This document shows, piece after piece, positions 1 through 12,502 of a stretch of 64,000 nucleotides of DNA. The notes beneath the pieces were generated by a model that saw nothing but the letters and a program-made list of their open reading frames with translations, did not search any database and was not told the DNA's origin. The translations under genes and the position numbers were made by a program. Position 1 is the stretch's first letter. Every line of letters starts with the position of its first letter. The stretch comes from Marsupella aquatica. Lineage: Eukaryota > Plantae > Marchantiophyta. The stretch covers positions 8,681,839-8,745,838 of the forward strand of contig OZ316893.1 in assembly GCA_973895155.1 (NCBI GenBank), read 5' to 3'.

Positions 1-2480
1 AATAAAATGTGTATTGACAATCTGGTCTCACGGAATAGTTGATAAGAATTCCCGTCTTTATCCAAATTGAGGTCTCAAATTCCATTGCAATTTCTTTGCA
101 TGTATATATGCAGGGAATCTATATTCTTACCGCCGGATTCTTCAGACTATCAGACAATTTGCCCAAACCTGTTTGGAAGTTCCCATTGTTCTACATGAGT
201 TACGTTTCTTACGCATTTCAAGTAAGTGCTTCCCATATCATCGAGCGTAGATTTCTGAATCAGATCTAGATGAATGAGGGTTTTAAAATGATTGCATCAC
301 TTGTTAGGTCTCAATCATGGGCAACTGTCGATCATCAGAGTTCAAGAACTTGCCATTTGTCCGTGACCGGGCTAGAGACACTGCTCTGTCTTCAATCAAT
401 GTTGCTCCTGGAGAAAAGGTTCAATTGGGTTAACTTCAATGCTCTGAAAATTGTGTTCAAATGTACCAGGGTTTGATGCAAAACGAATTGCAAGGCCTAT
501 CCTTCGAAGGGCTTTCTCCGGGAGATCCCCGCGTTACTGGGGACTACGCCCTCTCTAAATTGTACGACATCAAGGACCGTAGCAAGTGGGTGAACCTTTT
601 GATCGTTGTCGCCATGATTTTCATTTACAGGTTTATCTTCTTCCTCCTGTTGACAGGACGAGAGAACTTCTTTCCTACCGTCGCATCTTACTCTTACAAA
701 AGGTGGTTGGTCCTCCGAGAATACTCTTCCAAAACTCTAAGTCCCAAACAATCCTTAGCGTTTTGCAAAAATCCTCACGAAACTCCTTCTCCCCAATAAC
801 CACTACTGTCGTGATTTTGACCCCAATTTTGATGTCTTTGTTTTGACGTCAATATCTATGGAATGACGTTCTTTATTGAGATGTCCTGGTGACTCCGGTA
901 CAGATCATATTACCTCCTCTGGAACACCAATTATCCAAGAACAGCCAGTTCAAAAGAAAAACCGAGCATTTCCAGACATGATGGATCTCATGAAGATCAT
1001 GTGAACTCCCGTGTGAACTTAGAATCTGCACTCATACATGCATCACAGGGATGTCTCAAGTCAGCCGTCCATACATGATCTTGAGTTCGATAGAATCACA
1101 GACAACTTCTAGATTTAGAAGGTACGGATATTGCTATTTCATTTTTATTTGTTCTAAAAAAATAAAAATTTCTTATTTTATCAACCAAAGTTTGGGAAAA
1201 CTATCAAAATTAAATCCAAAGTAAGACCATAGGTATTAGTCTATAATAAAATTGTCTGTATTTTATTTATCAATAGCATGCTCTGGTCCCTTTAATAAAC
1301 TTTTATCTTTTTCGCTATCGGGTTAGCTATTTTCTAAGATTGTAAAATAAAATGTAAAAGTCATTGGCAAATATTGACTCTAGAATCAATGTAGGTATTT
1401 TTTCATTTGGTTTTTTTTGCCATCCCAGCCTAACGAACAAGTAAAAATTTCGTAGATTTCCTCGTTTCCATGACTTAAACTTTTTCGATTAGGTTCCTTT
1501 TCCGCAGTTGAGTCTGGATTTTCTTATTCAATTTACTCAGTTTATATTGAATTTAAACTCCGTTTCTTTTCATATTTTTTGCTCCACAATACTGCTCTGT
1601 AATTTCCTATTTTTCCGTAAACCATACAATTTTTTCCATCTGACTTTGCTTCACAAAGAAATATTTTTCATTTCTGCGGAAAGATTAATTCAATAAATGT
1701 TTACTACAAGTATTTGAATTAGTTAATTAGTTTATTAGTTTACTGGTTTATCCCAATTCCCCGTCATGAATTCCATATTCATTTATTTATAGCTCGACTC
1801 TGAAAAGGCTCCGATCTCGCCTCCGGTACAACAGCTGGTTAAGCGTCATACATTCAAGCGACAGAACTTTGTACAATCGAGGGGCCGAAGGAGACACTCT
1901 TAGCTCCTTCCAACAAGTTACAGGTTCCGAACAGAGTGTAGACTGACGACACCAGCGAAGACAACACCTCCGATCGTTAGTAATGTAATAAAATTCGATG
2001 AGCATCATGTTGAATAAGTGCGCTTGTGTCTTGAGTCAATGTCTGCTCATTGACGTGTTTGCCTAAAAACTTCTGTGAAACTTGGTGGATCTGATAGATA
2101 CTGTGGTGATCATCGCACCAACAGTAGACTGTCTAATGCTACTTCTGCCCTGAAGACGCATGTAAGAGTACAAACGTGACCGTCCAGATTTAAATTTCCA
2201 AATGGATGACGTCTCGCTCTTCCCTAAGCTCTATGTGCACTCTGAGATCTGTCCCAAAGTCCTGAACTAGAAACCAAATGAGCATTTTGAACATCTCACA
2301 ATATCTATCAATCTACACAATACAAGATGCAATCTCACCAGTTCTCATACTTTCTGTTTACAAAGTGCAATCTGTGCTAGAAACAATGCTATTTTTTTCT
2401 CATCGTTCGATCTGCCAAAAATGCCCCTCTTAATCCGTCGCGCCTTGCCTTCCCGCTTGTCATCCTGCAGCCTTGCGCCT
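1..2480 (+). repeat. Tandem segmental duplication, copy A (matches about 10275-12097)
   Basis: Long near-identical alignment of introns, exons and downstream DNA. Homology ends at ...cctgcagccttgcgcct (2480 / 12097). Copy A has about 660 extra bp at 1128-1786. Confidence 0.92.
114..799 (+). CDS. ABCG half-transporter, upstream tandem copy; last two exons only (114-221, 470-799); the gene continues left of the window
   Basis: Exons translate to [36 protein letters not shown] / GLMQNELQGLSF...[22 protein letters not shown], the ABC2-membrane C-terminus. AG/GT boundaries are present. Near-identical to 10387-11067. Confidence 0.9.
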
Positions 2481-4650
2481 ATAAGTTACATTCCAGCCCA
2501 CTAATTTCCCCAAAGTCATTCTCTACTTGTGATTCCTCTATAATGCACTCGCAATCTACGAAACATCCCACCTGCAATCCAATGTTCAATGCCTGCAATC
2601 CAATGTTTAATGCCTGCATTCTGTGTTGCAAATGTCCTATGACGGTGGGACTGGATTTACTCACTACTCCATTCTGGAATGCAGGAAACCTTCACTTCAC
2701 TCTTCACTCCAGCTGGTTTAAATCCATTGATGTATGCGTTTGTGGTTCAGCACCGTTCAATGGAATTTGGACAATGCTGTAAGGCGCCCACTTCCTCAAT
2801 TAATCCAATCCACTGGCAGAAATGGTCGCGCAAAGCAAAATATTGCAGAAATGGTCGCGCAAAGCAAAATATTGCCAATATATGCAGGTGACAGAAACTA
2901 ATTAAACAAGCACCATTCTTTCCATGGATTGTCCATCACGCCTTTGCCATCAATTTTGAAAGCATATTTACAGACTCAAAAATGGTCGCCAATGCCTATA
3001 TTATAGGCTGTATGTGGAGGCGTACACTAATTCTGAGTCGATAGCATAATACAGTGGCAGCAGTGAGTGACCATGGTAGGGCAAGTCAAGACGGGCATGG
3101 GTTTAGGGTCGGAGGCCCCATGCGACGGGCTATGCTGGACAGGAAAAGGGGAAGGGACAGGGCCTAGGGCGGTGAGGGTGTCCCCCATTTTCTTAACTAA
3201 GGCCAGAGGTGCATGGGTTGCAAAATGTTGTGCAGGCAACGTGTCACACCAAAACTGCCAAAAGGCCTCTAAACTGCCCCGAAGCCAAGGCTGCCCTGAT
3301 TAGTACAATAGTAGGCATGAGTATGCCTTGATCTTGCCTCTAGTGCTTAAAAATTTTCAGTTTCTGAAGTTGGAAAGTCATTTGATTGCAAATTAAAATG
3401 TGAAACAAGCCCTACATGATTGTTTTTTTGTATCATAATTATGGGCAAAGAATATAGTTGGTGCCCTCAAGTTTCTTCTTTTAATGCCCACTCTGGTCTG
3501 GTACACTAGGGCCTTACCTTACACAGAAGAATTCTATCCACTGAGTAGCATGTGATGGATGATGATGTGCAATTGCAATACAAAACTCAAGTTCACTGGG
3601 TCCAATGAACCACAACTTATAGAGTAACCTGTTTAGGTAACGGGTACCTACAGTAAGTTGCTGAGGTTCCAGACAGATCACTTTAATAATTATGCTTATC
3701 TCTCAGTTAGCATTTATCCAACGTAATTAACTCCCAATTAATTTTGATTACCCCTATTTAATTTGAGAGTGAGGCCAGCTTCAGCAGATATTAAGACTAA
3801 ATATAGTGGATTGTCTTCCCGGTTTTTCTGATATGCTATTTTATGCTAAAATGCCATGACAGAGGGTAATTTTTGTTAATAATTTTGTTACTATTGTTAC
3901 TTTCTGTTAATAAATAGTACAATAATGCAAACAAGCACTTTGTGCCAGGTTTTCTTTGAGATTTTTGTGAGCCCTGGATTGTTTCGATTGATTCTGGGCC
4001 CACATTAAGTTTCCCATCATGTTATGCTCAAACAAAATTAGTATTTATGTTACTTAATGTGCTGAGTGCAAGTTTGAGATGTACCAAAAGAACCTCCACT
4101 TTCTACACAAACAGGGATATTGAAATGCTAGATCTTGCATGCCAAAATCTTGGCATCTTGCATCTCATATGCCCAATTTTTTTGGAAATGTGCCCTGGAA
4201 AGTGTGTGCAGCCTTTCTGGAAATGTGCTACTAAATCTTACTCCTTTACTTCCCTGTTGAGCCCGAGCCCGCCATTTTGCCTCTTTGGTAACCCTCATTC
4301 TTGTATTCCACAATTTGTAATCAGCATAATTGGTATTTTGAATTGAAGGGGCAAACCAGACAAAATTTTGGGCTCCGCAAATAGTTTTATCAAGATCAAT
4401 TAAACTAATGACTTAGGAACATCCTTCATTGGGTCTGTGGGATCATGTGCCTGTAGGTCTAGAGCTTTGCAGCTTTGCTGTTGTTGTTTTGCAGTTTGCA
4501 TGATATCTAAATCTATAATATAGAATCCCGCCAAAATAAGTTATCTTCTGCTTCTGGTGGGAACTCATGTCCACCTTTAGATTTATTTTGTCACTTTTGG
4601 GAACTGTGAGATTATTTAAAGTTGAGACAACCTACAGACTCAGGTGGATA

Positions 4651-5058
4651 TGTATAGATACATGGATAAGGAATCTATGATATGTACTTTACAGACAATA
4701 TAATGGACATGAGTACTATGTATAGATACATGAATAGGGAATCTATGATATGTACTTTACAGACAATATAATGGACAGAGTATTGTGTACAGATACATGA
4801 ATAAGGAATCTATGATATGTACTCTACATACAATATAATGGACATGAGTACTGTGTAGAGATACATGAATAGGGAATCTATGATATGTACTTTACACACA
4901 ATATAATGGACATGAGTACTGTGTATAGATACATGAATAGGGAATCTATGATATGTACTTTACATACAATATAATGTACATGAGTACTGTATATAGATAC
5001 ATGAATAAGGAATCTATGATATGTACTCTACAGACAATATAATGGACATGAGTACATA
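4651..5058. repeat. Minisatellite, about 68-bp unit, about 6 copies
   Basis: Unit tgtatagatacatgaatagggaatctatgatatgtactttacagacaatataatggacatgagtac recurs at about 4651, 4719, 4786, 4854, 4922 and 4990. Confidence 0.92.
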
Positions 5059-6538
5059 TGTAAAGCAGTACAAGGTACAACCTCCACTCAATCATTATTA
5101 GGAGAACCCTAAGGAGCCAAGACCAAAAATAGTTCTTCATTTATTAATAGTTCTATCATTTTAGAAGGATTTTATTTCTTTACATTTAATTTTTTGGGGG
5201 GAGATTGGGAGATACCTTTTGGGAGTTTATTATATATATTTATTATTGAAGCTAACATATATGATTGTGATTTCTGTCAGTTGTTTTGTGGTGCCTTTTT
5301 TTCTCCTTCGGAGAAGGGAGGGTCAACCTTTTTTAAAATAGTAAAGCCAAGTAAGGTGTGTGGGAAGGTGCCAGACAGTACTGTTGGGTTGGTTGTAGCA
5401 TGTATGGGGGTGCAGGGCAATTATTTACCTGGCCCCCCTTGAGACTTGCCAATCTCTCATCACTATTGGTCCACCTCTAAATTATTGATTATCCTATTAA
5501 TTTTTCTCATGACTTTCATCTCTTTCCCCCCTCTTGCCTTCCTTTCGCTGCCCTCTCCACACGCTAGATGTAAGGCAAAACCCAACTGCCCATATATGTA
5601 TATATGCCTCCACCCACAAGTCACTCCATAGCCGCCATCTGACCCCACCCTACATATGCTTGGCCTTTCTTCCATCCTCCCGCTCTCCTTTTGAACACCC
5701 TTACTCCTCAACTTCTGACGCCCAACTCCTCCACGGGCCTGTCCAGTATTGCAAGCCCTCTTGGGGTGGGGGGGGCGGGGGGGGGGGGGGAGAGGAAGGA
5801 AAACGATAAGAAAAAAACTAAGGGATAAGGGAGAAAATCAAGGGTGTGATAAAATAAAGGTATGATAAAATAAAGGATATCTCTATTTAGGTGCAATGAA
5901 AGGGTCATCAGGCTAGTCCTTCGAATAGAAAATTCCCAAGAGGAAGTACAGTAGAGTTCTTTTATTTCACTTACCCCGGTCACAGCTGCTGATGAATGTC
6001 AGTTCCATTATTAGTAGGCTGGCCGACCTCCACTGACCCCTTCACTCAAGATAGTTGAATTCTCGCACTGCTTGGCAATCAGCTCGACCATAAAGAGCTA
6101 AGCCGGATCTCGATACATGTCAAGTGTGAATTCAGACTTGTGTCGTTGATTTCTTCTCACGAACTTTGATTCCTGCTCCCTAATTTCTCGGTACCTGGTC
6201 TGCATAGTAGTGAAGGTCAATTTAGAAATGCTCAATACTATGTCAAGAGCCATCGTCCAATTCATGCAGCGCTTTACTTATCGAACGTTTCTAACCAGGT
6301 TCTCCCGGTTTCAGAAACTATATGAGCGTTCGAGTCAAATCGGACTACGAGATGTAACTATCCTGCGAAGCCAATTTTCATCAGATGCATGATGCATTCT
6401 GTATTGCAAATGCTTGTAGCGAGGCTGGGCAGAACTTGTCATTCCTTGCTATCTGTGTAACTACAGGTGCTCTGGAGACTAACGTACGTGGAGAGCGTGT
6501 AGACGATTAAATCTTACGTCACAATTAATCGTTCATCA

Positions 6539-9500
6539 ATGGAGATCGAAAGGGATATAGAGTCACAGGAAGCCACCTCAGGGGAACATAATATCCCAAA
6601 TACTGAGCAGAGAACCTATGGGAGCTTAAAGGAAGGCGCTGAAATGAATACGGCCTGTCTGTCATGGAAGGACTTGAAGCTGACGATGGACGGTAAACGC
6701 TATATTCTGCAAGGGTTGTCTGGATGTGCGGAACCAGGGAGATTGCTTGCCATCATGGGTCCGTCTGGGGCGGGCAAATCCACACTGCTTGATACTCTTG
6801 CGGGTAATTTTGCCATTTTACGGTTACGCACAATGTTGGAGAGTTTTTTTTCTTTACTATTTGTTGGTTGCTAAGATCCGAGGTAACCTTATGTAAGCGA
6901 CTTGGGAAACAACAGTACACTTAGCTAGGAATTAGCCTTTCCCTGTCCTGAGTATGATAATGTCAATATTTAATTCGAGTAAATATCATTTTCTACACAC
7001 CCATAAGTCGCCAGAGCTCTTATAATCATTGGGTGTTTCGCTAGATAGGAACTACTGTCTCTCGTCTGGGTATGTAGGGGCCAAAGCGCAGCGAATTGAA
7101 CTTCCTAACAGTACTGTTATCCCTTCTCCCGTCCCTTCTAGGAGCTCTTACTGAAAACTGTTAATATCGATACTTACTTATTTCCACTAGAAAGCAGCAA
7201 GTTCTCTGCAACTAAATCTGATTTTCCTTAACTGGAACTTTTACGAAATTGTAGACAGTTAGCTTGGGTACGTCTCGTTCACAGATCGACTTCGTGATTT
7301 ACAATAGGAATGAACTCGGTCTTCTTGCTGGACTAATTGTGGAACGTCTTTGACCCATATATTCAGGGAGGCAATCAAGAGATTCAATTGTGACTGGCGA
7401 GATTCTCGTGAACGGCCAAAAAGCGAACCTTTCCTATGGCAGCGCTGTAAGTTTCCAATCTTCTGAAGAGGACATGAAACTGGGTATTTCAAATGGAACC
7501 TTAAGATGTATAAGAAACATGGAAGTACTCGGCCCAACTTCGAGTACTCTCGCAAGAGCTGTCTAAATGTGAACCAAAGCTGGCCGAGAATCGTTCGTAC
7601 GTCAAATAGTGCCGCAACAACGGCAGGTCTAGAGATAGCATGTTTTCAAGATTTCCGCCGCCACTAATTCGTGCATGTCGTGGGCGCAGGCTTACCTAGC
7701 ACAAGACATTGTGCTCCTAGGCACTTTAACAGTATACGAGACGCTCTACTACTCGGCCAAACTCCGGTTCAAGGACAGCATGAGCGACACAGAAACGAAG
7801 CGGATAGTGACGAGCGCAATCGAGGATGTGGGGCTTGTGGACGCCATGAACACGCTCATCGGGAGCTGGTTCAGCCGAGGAATCTCCGGGGGAGAGAAGA
7901 GGCGAGTGAGCATTGCCGTCGAGCTCCTCACGTCTCCCATTCTGATCTTTCTGGACGAGCCCACCAGTGGCCTGGACAGGTATCGTCCTTGTGGCCATTC
8001 ATTAGACAATTTCTTTTCATGCCCAGACGCAAATTTTGAGATTTTCAACGTTGTGAATGAACACACGATTGAATGCAATCCATACCAAATGACCGTGCAT
8101 TTACTGATCAAACAAGCGTCTGTAATGATGCAGTGCCTCATCGTTCCACGTGATCAAAACTGTCAAAGGACTTGCAGAGAGTGGGGACCGGACGATTCTA
8201 TGCTGCATTCATCAGCCAAGTAGTGAAGTATTCGACCTTTTTGATGAACTTTGTCTGCTCACAACTGGCCGACAAATCTACTATGGCCCGCTTCAACAAG
8301 CCTTGCCGGTAAGTTACTCGATCACTCTGATGACTTAAGCACGTCAACAAGATCCACTCATCCATGTGGCTCATAGACCAAGCGTGATTGGTAGGAATGT
8401 CATCACTTCCTTCAAATTGCCCAGCGAAGGTTCTCATTTGACTTTATAGTTCACTCTTGCTGAGGCAAACTTCTCAATCATTTGTGCTGCGACACAACTT
8501 TCAGTTTTTTGAGAGAACTGGGTATCCCTGTCCGCCGCGACGAAGTCCTGCCGATCACTATCTGCATTGTGTAAATTCCGATTTCGACATCGTGCAACGA
8601 ATACTCACGAAGCAAGCAATCGCCGCCAGGTCAGGCAGCAGGCTCGCTTCATCCTTAACAGCCACGCCGGAGCATAAGACAGCTAAGCAAGCAGTGACCG
8701 AGTTGACGGAGGCTTACAAATTGTCTGACGAGAAGAAAACTCTGGACAGCCGTCTAGACGTTGTCTCAAAGATGGTGAGTTCATAATGAGCACAGTTAAT
8801 TATGCAAGGACTTGACTACTCGCGAGAGCCTGTGTTAGAGATGATCATAGTTTCAGAATTGCTCGAATTGATTCGATTGACAGGTCGAGATTTTTTGTTG
8901 CCTCCTACGGCAGAGTATCGACCGACGTGCATAAGCTTTCTCTTGGAAGTACTTCCAACTCCAAAATAGGTCTATGTCTGGCGCCGGTACTAACATATGC
9001 TGTCACAAGTCTAAACCATATGAATTAACAGCGTGCATGACGCGTCGTTGTTCAGGATGGACATTTCCAGGGCAAAGGAAGCCATGCCAGCTTCCTCAAG
9101 CAAGCAGTTTACCTGACGATGAGGTCGTTTTTGAACATGAATAGAGATATTGGTTACTACTGGCTGAGAGTGGCCATGTACCTCGGAGTGGGCGTTTGCC
9201 TTGCAACGATTTATAACAATATTGGCCACAGCTATATCTCTATCCAAGTGAGATCACGGCCCACGTATTCTAAATTTCTTCTGCAGCAAACATTTAATTA
9301 ACCCAAGAAGAAAGCTTGCCTTCAATTGTGTGGTTCTGCCCAAGGGCGGTGAGATCAGTGGAGACGTATGGATTGACGCTCTTGACTGTAGTTTACTGGG
9401 ACTTTGAGATATTTTCACTTTCTAGCTCGTAGGTAATTAAGGTCGCACAGTTTTTCAGCGGGGCGTCTGTGTAATTGCTGGACTTTTTGTAGTAGGTACC

Positions 9501-11067
9501 AACGATGGAATCACGGATTTTAGGAGTCAATACAAACTAACCAAACAAGTTTTCTTGCAGGCTAGAGCTGCGACCTTCTTTTTCACGGTCAGCTTTCTCA
9601 GTTTCATGGCAATTGGAGGGTTCCCATCATTCATCGAGGACATGAAGGTACCTACGGGGGTACCTATGTACTTATGACAGTATGTATTAATATTAAATAG
9701 GGTCGCAAGACCTGACTTAGAACTGGGATCATAATTATATGGTTTGGTTTTTCAAGCTGCCATGAGGTCATGCCCTTCAATTCAGCGTCCTAACAGGCCA
9801 GCGTGCATGGATGTATGTTTTGGATCCTTACCAGGTATTTCATACGGAACGAAGGAACGGACATTATAGAGTGTCGGCGTTTGTAGTTGCGAATACTCTC
9901 TCCTCTCTGCCCTTTATATTCATGATCAGCACCACTGTGACGGTTTTCGTGTATCCTCTGGTGAAATTCCACGGTGGTCTCGTGCACATTGTATATTTTC
10001 TGTTGTGTCTCTACAGTTGCCTGCTGGTCTCCGAATCTATGCTGATGGCCGTGTCCAGCTGTGTCAGTCAATTTCTGCTGGGAATCATGCTGGGAGCTGG
10101 ATTACAGGTACGATTAATTTGCAGGGAATAGCCTGCTCTATGTAGAGATTTTGGACTGTGTGCCCAAGGAGAGTAGATGCTATTGAGCCCGATCCACTCT
10201 AAGATATTGCCTGCCTCATTATCAGGCTCTTCAGTTGAATTTGTAGTATGATAATAGATGAAGTAATATAGAGAGTCAAATGTGCATTGACAATTTGGTC
10301 TCTCGAAATAGCTGGTAAGAATTCCCGTCTTTATCCAAATTGAGGTCTTAAATTGCATTGCAATTTCTTTGCATGTATATATGCAGGGAATCTATATTCT
10401 TACCTCCGGATTCCTCAGACTATCAGACAATCTGCCCAAACCTGTTTGGAAGTTCCCATTGTTCTACATAAGTTACGTTTCTTACGCGTTTCAAGTAAGT
10501 GCTTCCCATATCAGCGAGTGTAGATTTCTGAACCAGATCTAGATGAATGAGGTTTTGAAATATTTCTATCAGTTGTTACTGCTTAATCATGGGCAACTGT
10601 CGAACATCAGAGTTCAAGAACTTGGCATTTTTGGCGTGACTGGTCTAGAGAAAGTAATTCTGTCTTCAATCAATGTTGCTGCTGGAGAAAAGGTTCAATT
10701 GGGTTAACTTCAATGCTCTGAAAATTGTGTTCAAATGTACCAGGGTTTGATGCAAAACGAATTCCAAGGCCTATCCTTCGAAGGACCCTCTACGGGCGAT
10801 CCCCGCGTTACTGGGGACTACGCCCTCTCTAAATTGTACGACATCAAGGACCGTAGCAAGTGGGTGAACCTTTTGATCGTTGTCGCCATGATTTTCATTT
10901 ACAGGTTCATTTTCTTCCTCCTGTTGACAGGACGAGAGAACTTCTTTCCTAGCATCGCTTCTTACTCTTACAAAAGGTGGTTCGTCCTCCGAGAATACTC
11001 TTCCAAAAGTCTCAAACAATCCTTAGCGTTTTGGAAAAATTCTCACGAAACTCCTGCTCCCCAATAA
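6539..11067 (+). CDS. ABCG (WBC) half-transporter, ABCG11/12/15-like, about 687 aa, 10 exons
   Basis: Exons 6539-6803, 7367-7446, 7690-7979, 8134-8308, 8505-8774, 9056-9247, 9561-9647, 9835-10107, 10387-10494 and 10744-11067 all have GT-AG boundaries and join in frame (2064 nt). Walker [10 protein letters not shown], signature [11 protein letters not shown], Walker [10 protein letters not shown]-loop IHQP, then [16 protein letters not shown] and the TM domain. Confidence 0.93.
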
Positions 11068-12502
11068 CCACCTGTACACTACTGTCGTGATTTTGACCCC
11101 AATTTTGACGTCTTGATTTTGACGTCAATATCTATGGAATGACGTTCTGTATTGAGAAGTCCTGGCGACTCCGGTACAGATCATATTACCTCCTCTGGAA
11201 CACCAATTATCCAAGAACAGCCAGTTCAAAAGAAAAACCGAGCATTTCCAGACATGATGGATCTCATGAAGATCATGTGAACTCCCGTGTGAACTTAGAA
11301 TCTGCACTCATACATGCATCACAGGGATGTCTCGAGTCAGCCGTCCATACATAATCTTGAGTTCGATAGAATCACAGACAACTTCTAGATTTAGAAGGTA
11401 CGGGTTATAGCTCGACTCTGAAAATGCTCCGATCTCGCCTCCGGTACAACAGCTGGTTAAGCGTCATACATTCAAGCGACAGAACTTTGTAGATTCGAGG
11501 GGCCGAAGGAGACACTCTTAGCTCCTTACAACAAGATACAGGTTCCGAACAGAGTGTAGACTGACGACACCAGCGGAGACAACGCCTCCGATCATTAGTA
11601 ATGTAATAAAATTCGATGAGCATCATGTTGAATAAGTGCGTTTGTGTCTTGAGTCAATGTCTGCTCATTGACGTGTTTGCCTAAAAACTTCTGTGAAACT
11701 TGGTGGATCTGATAGATACTGTGGTGATCATCGCACCAACAGTAGACTGTCTAATGCTACTTCTGCCCTGAAGACGCATGTAAGAGTACAAACGTGACAC
11801 TCCATATTTAAATATCCAAATGGATTACCTCTCGCTCGTCCCTAAATTCTATGTGCACTCCGAGATCTGTCCCAAAGTCCTGAACTAGAAACCAAATGAG
11901 CATTTTGAACATCTCACACTATTTATCAATCTACACACTACAATATGCAATCCCACCAATTTTCATACATTCTGTCCACAAGTGCAATCTGTGCAAGAAA
12001 CAATCCTATGTTTTCCTCACCGTCCGATCTGCCAAAAGTGCCCCTCTCAATCCGTCGCGCCTTGCCTCCCCGCTTGTCATCCTGCAGCCTTGCGCCTTCC
12101 TGGGAAACCCTCCAGCTCCCCGCGTGCCATCCTGTTTGACGAATGTGATGTATTTTTACACCGCAGAAAGCTCCTAAGCCTCACATTGGTTGGGAGTGCA
12201 TACCAGGGTAAAACTGGCAGGACGAGATCACCCTCGGAGATATAGAACTACACTGACTACGAAATTGACCAAAAGGTGGATCATGAAGACTGAGTAGCTG
12301 CTACAGGAAAACTGGCTAATTGCTGTTCATCAGGGTGGATATGAGGAGGCCATGGAGCAGGCCATTGACCAGTTCCTGAAAGACGGCAGAAAGGAAAATC
12401 CCTAGTCACTGAGCTTCACCTCGCCCACCTCTCCCTTTAGCTGGGACTACAAATGATATCTGTGGTTGACTTCAAATTTACCTTTCAACATTCTGCAATT
12501 AT

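Noticed and set aside
1787-2008. 73-aa minus-strand ORF also present at 11405-11626
   Set aside because: Conservation is explained by the recent duplication, and no domain is recognisable.
4651-5058. CRISPR-like regular array (also 39309-39649)
   Set aside because: Units are contiguous with no unique spacers, there are no cas genes, and the context is eukaryotic.
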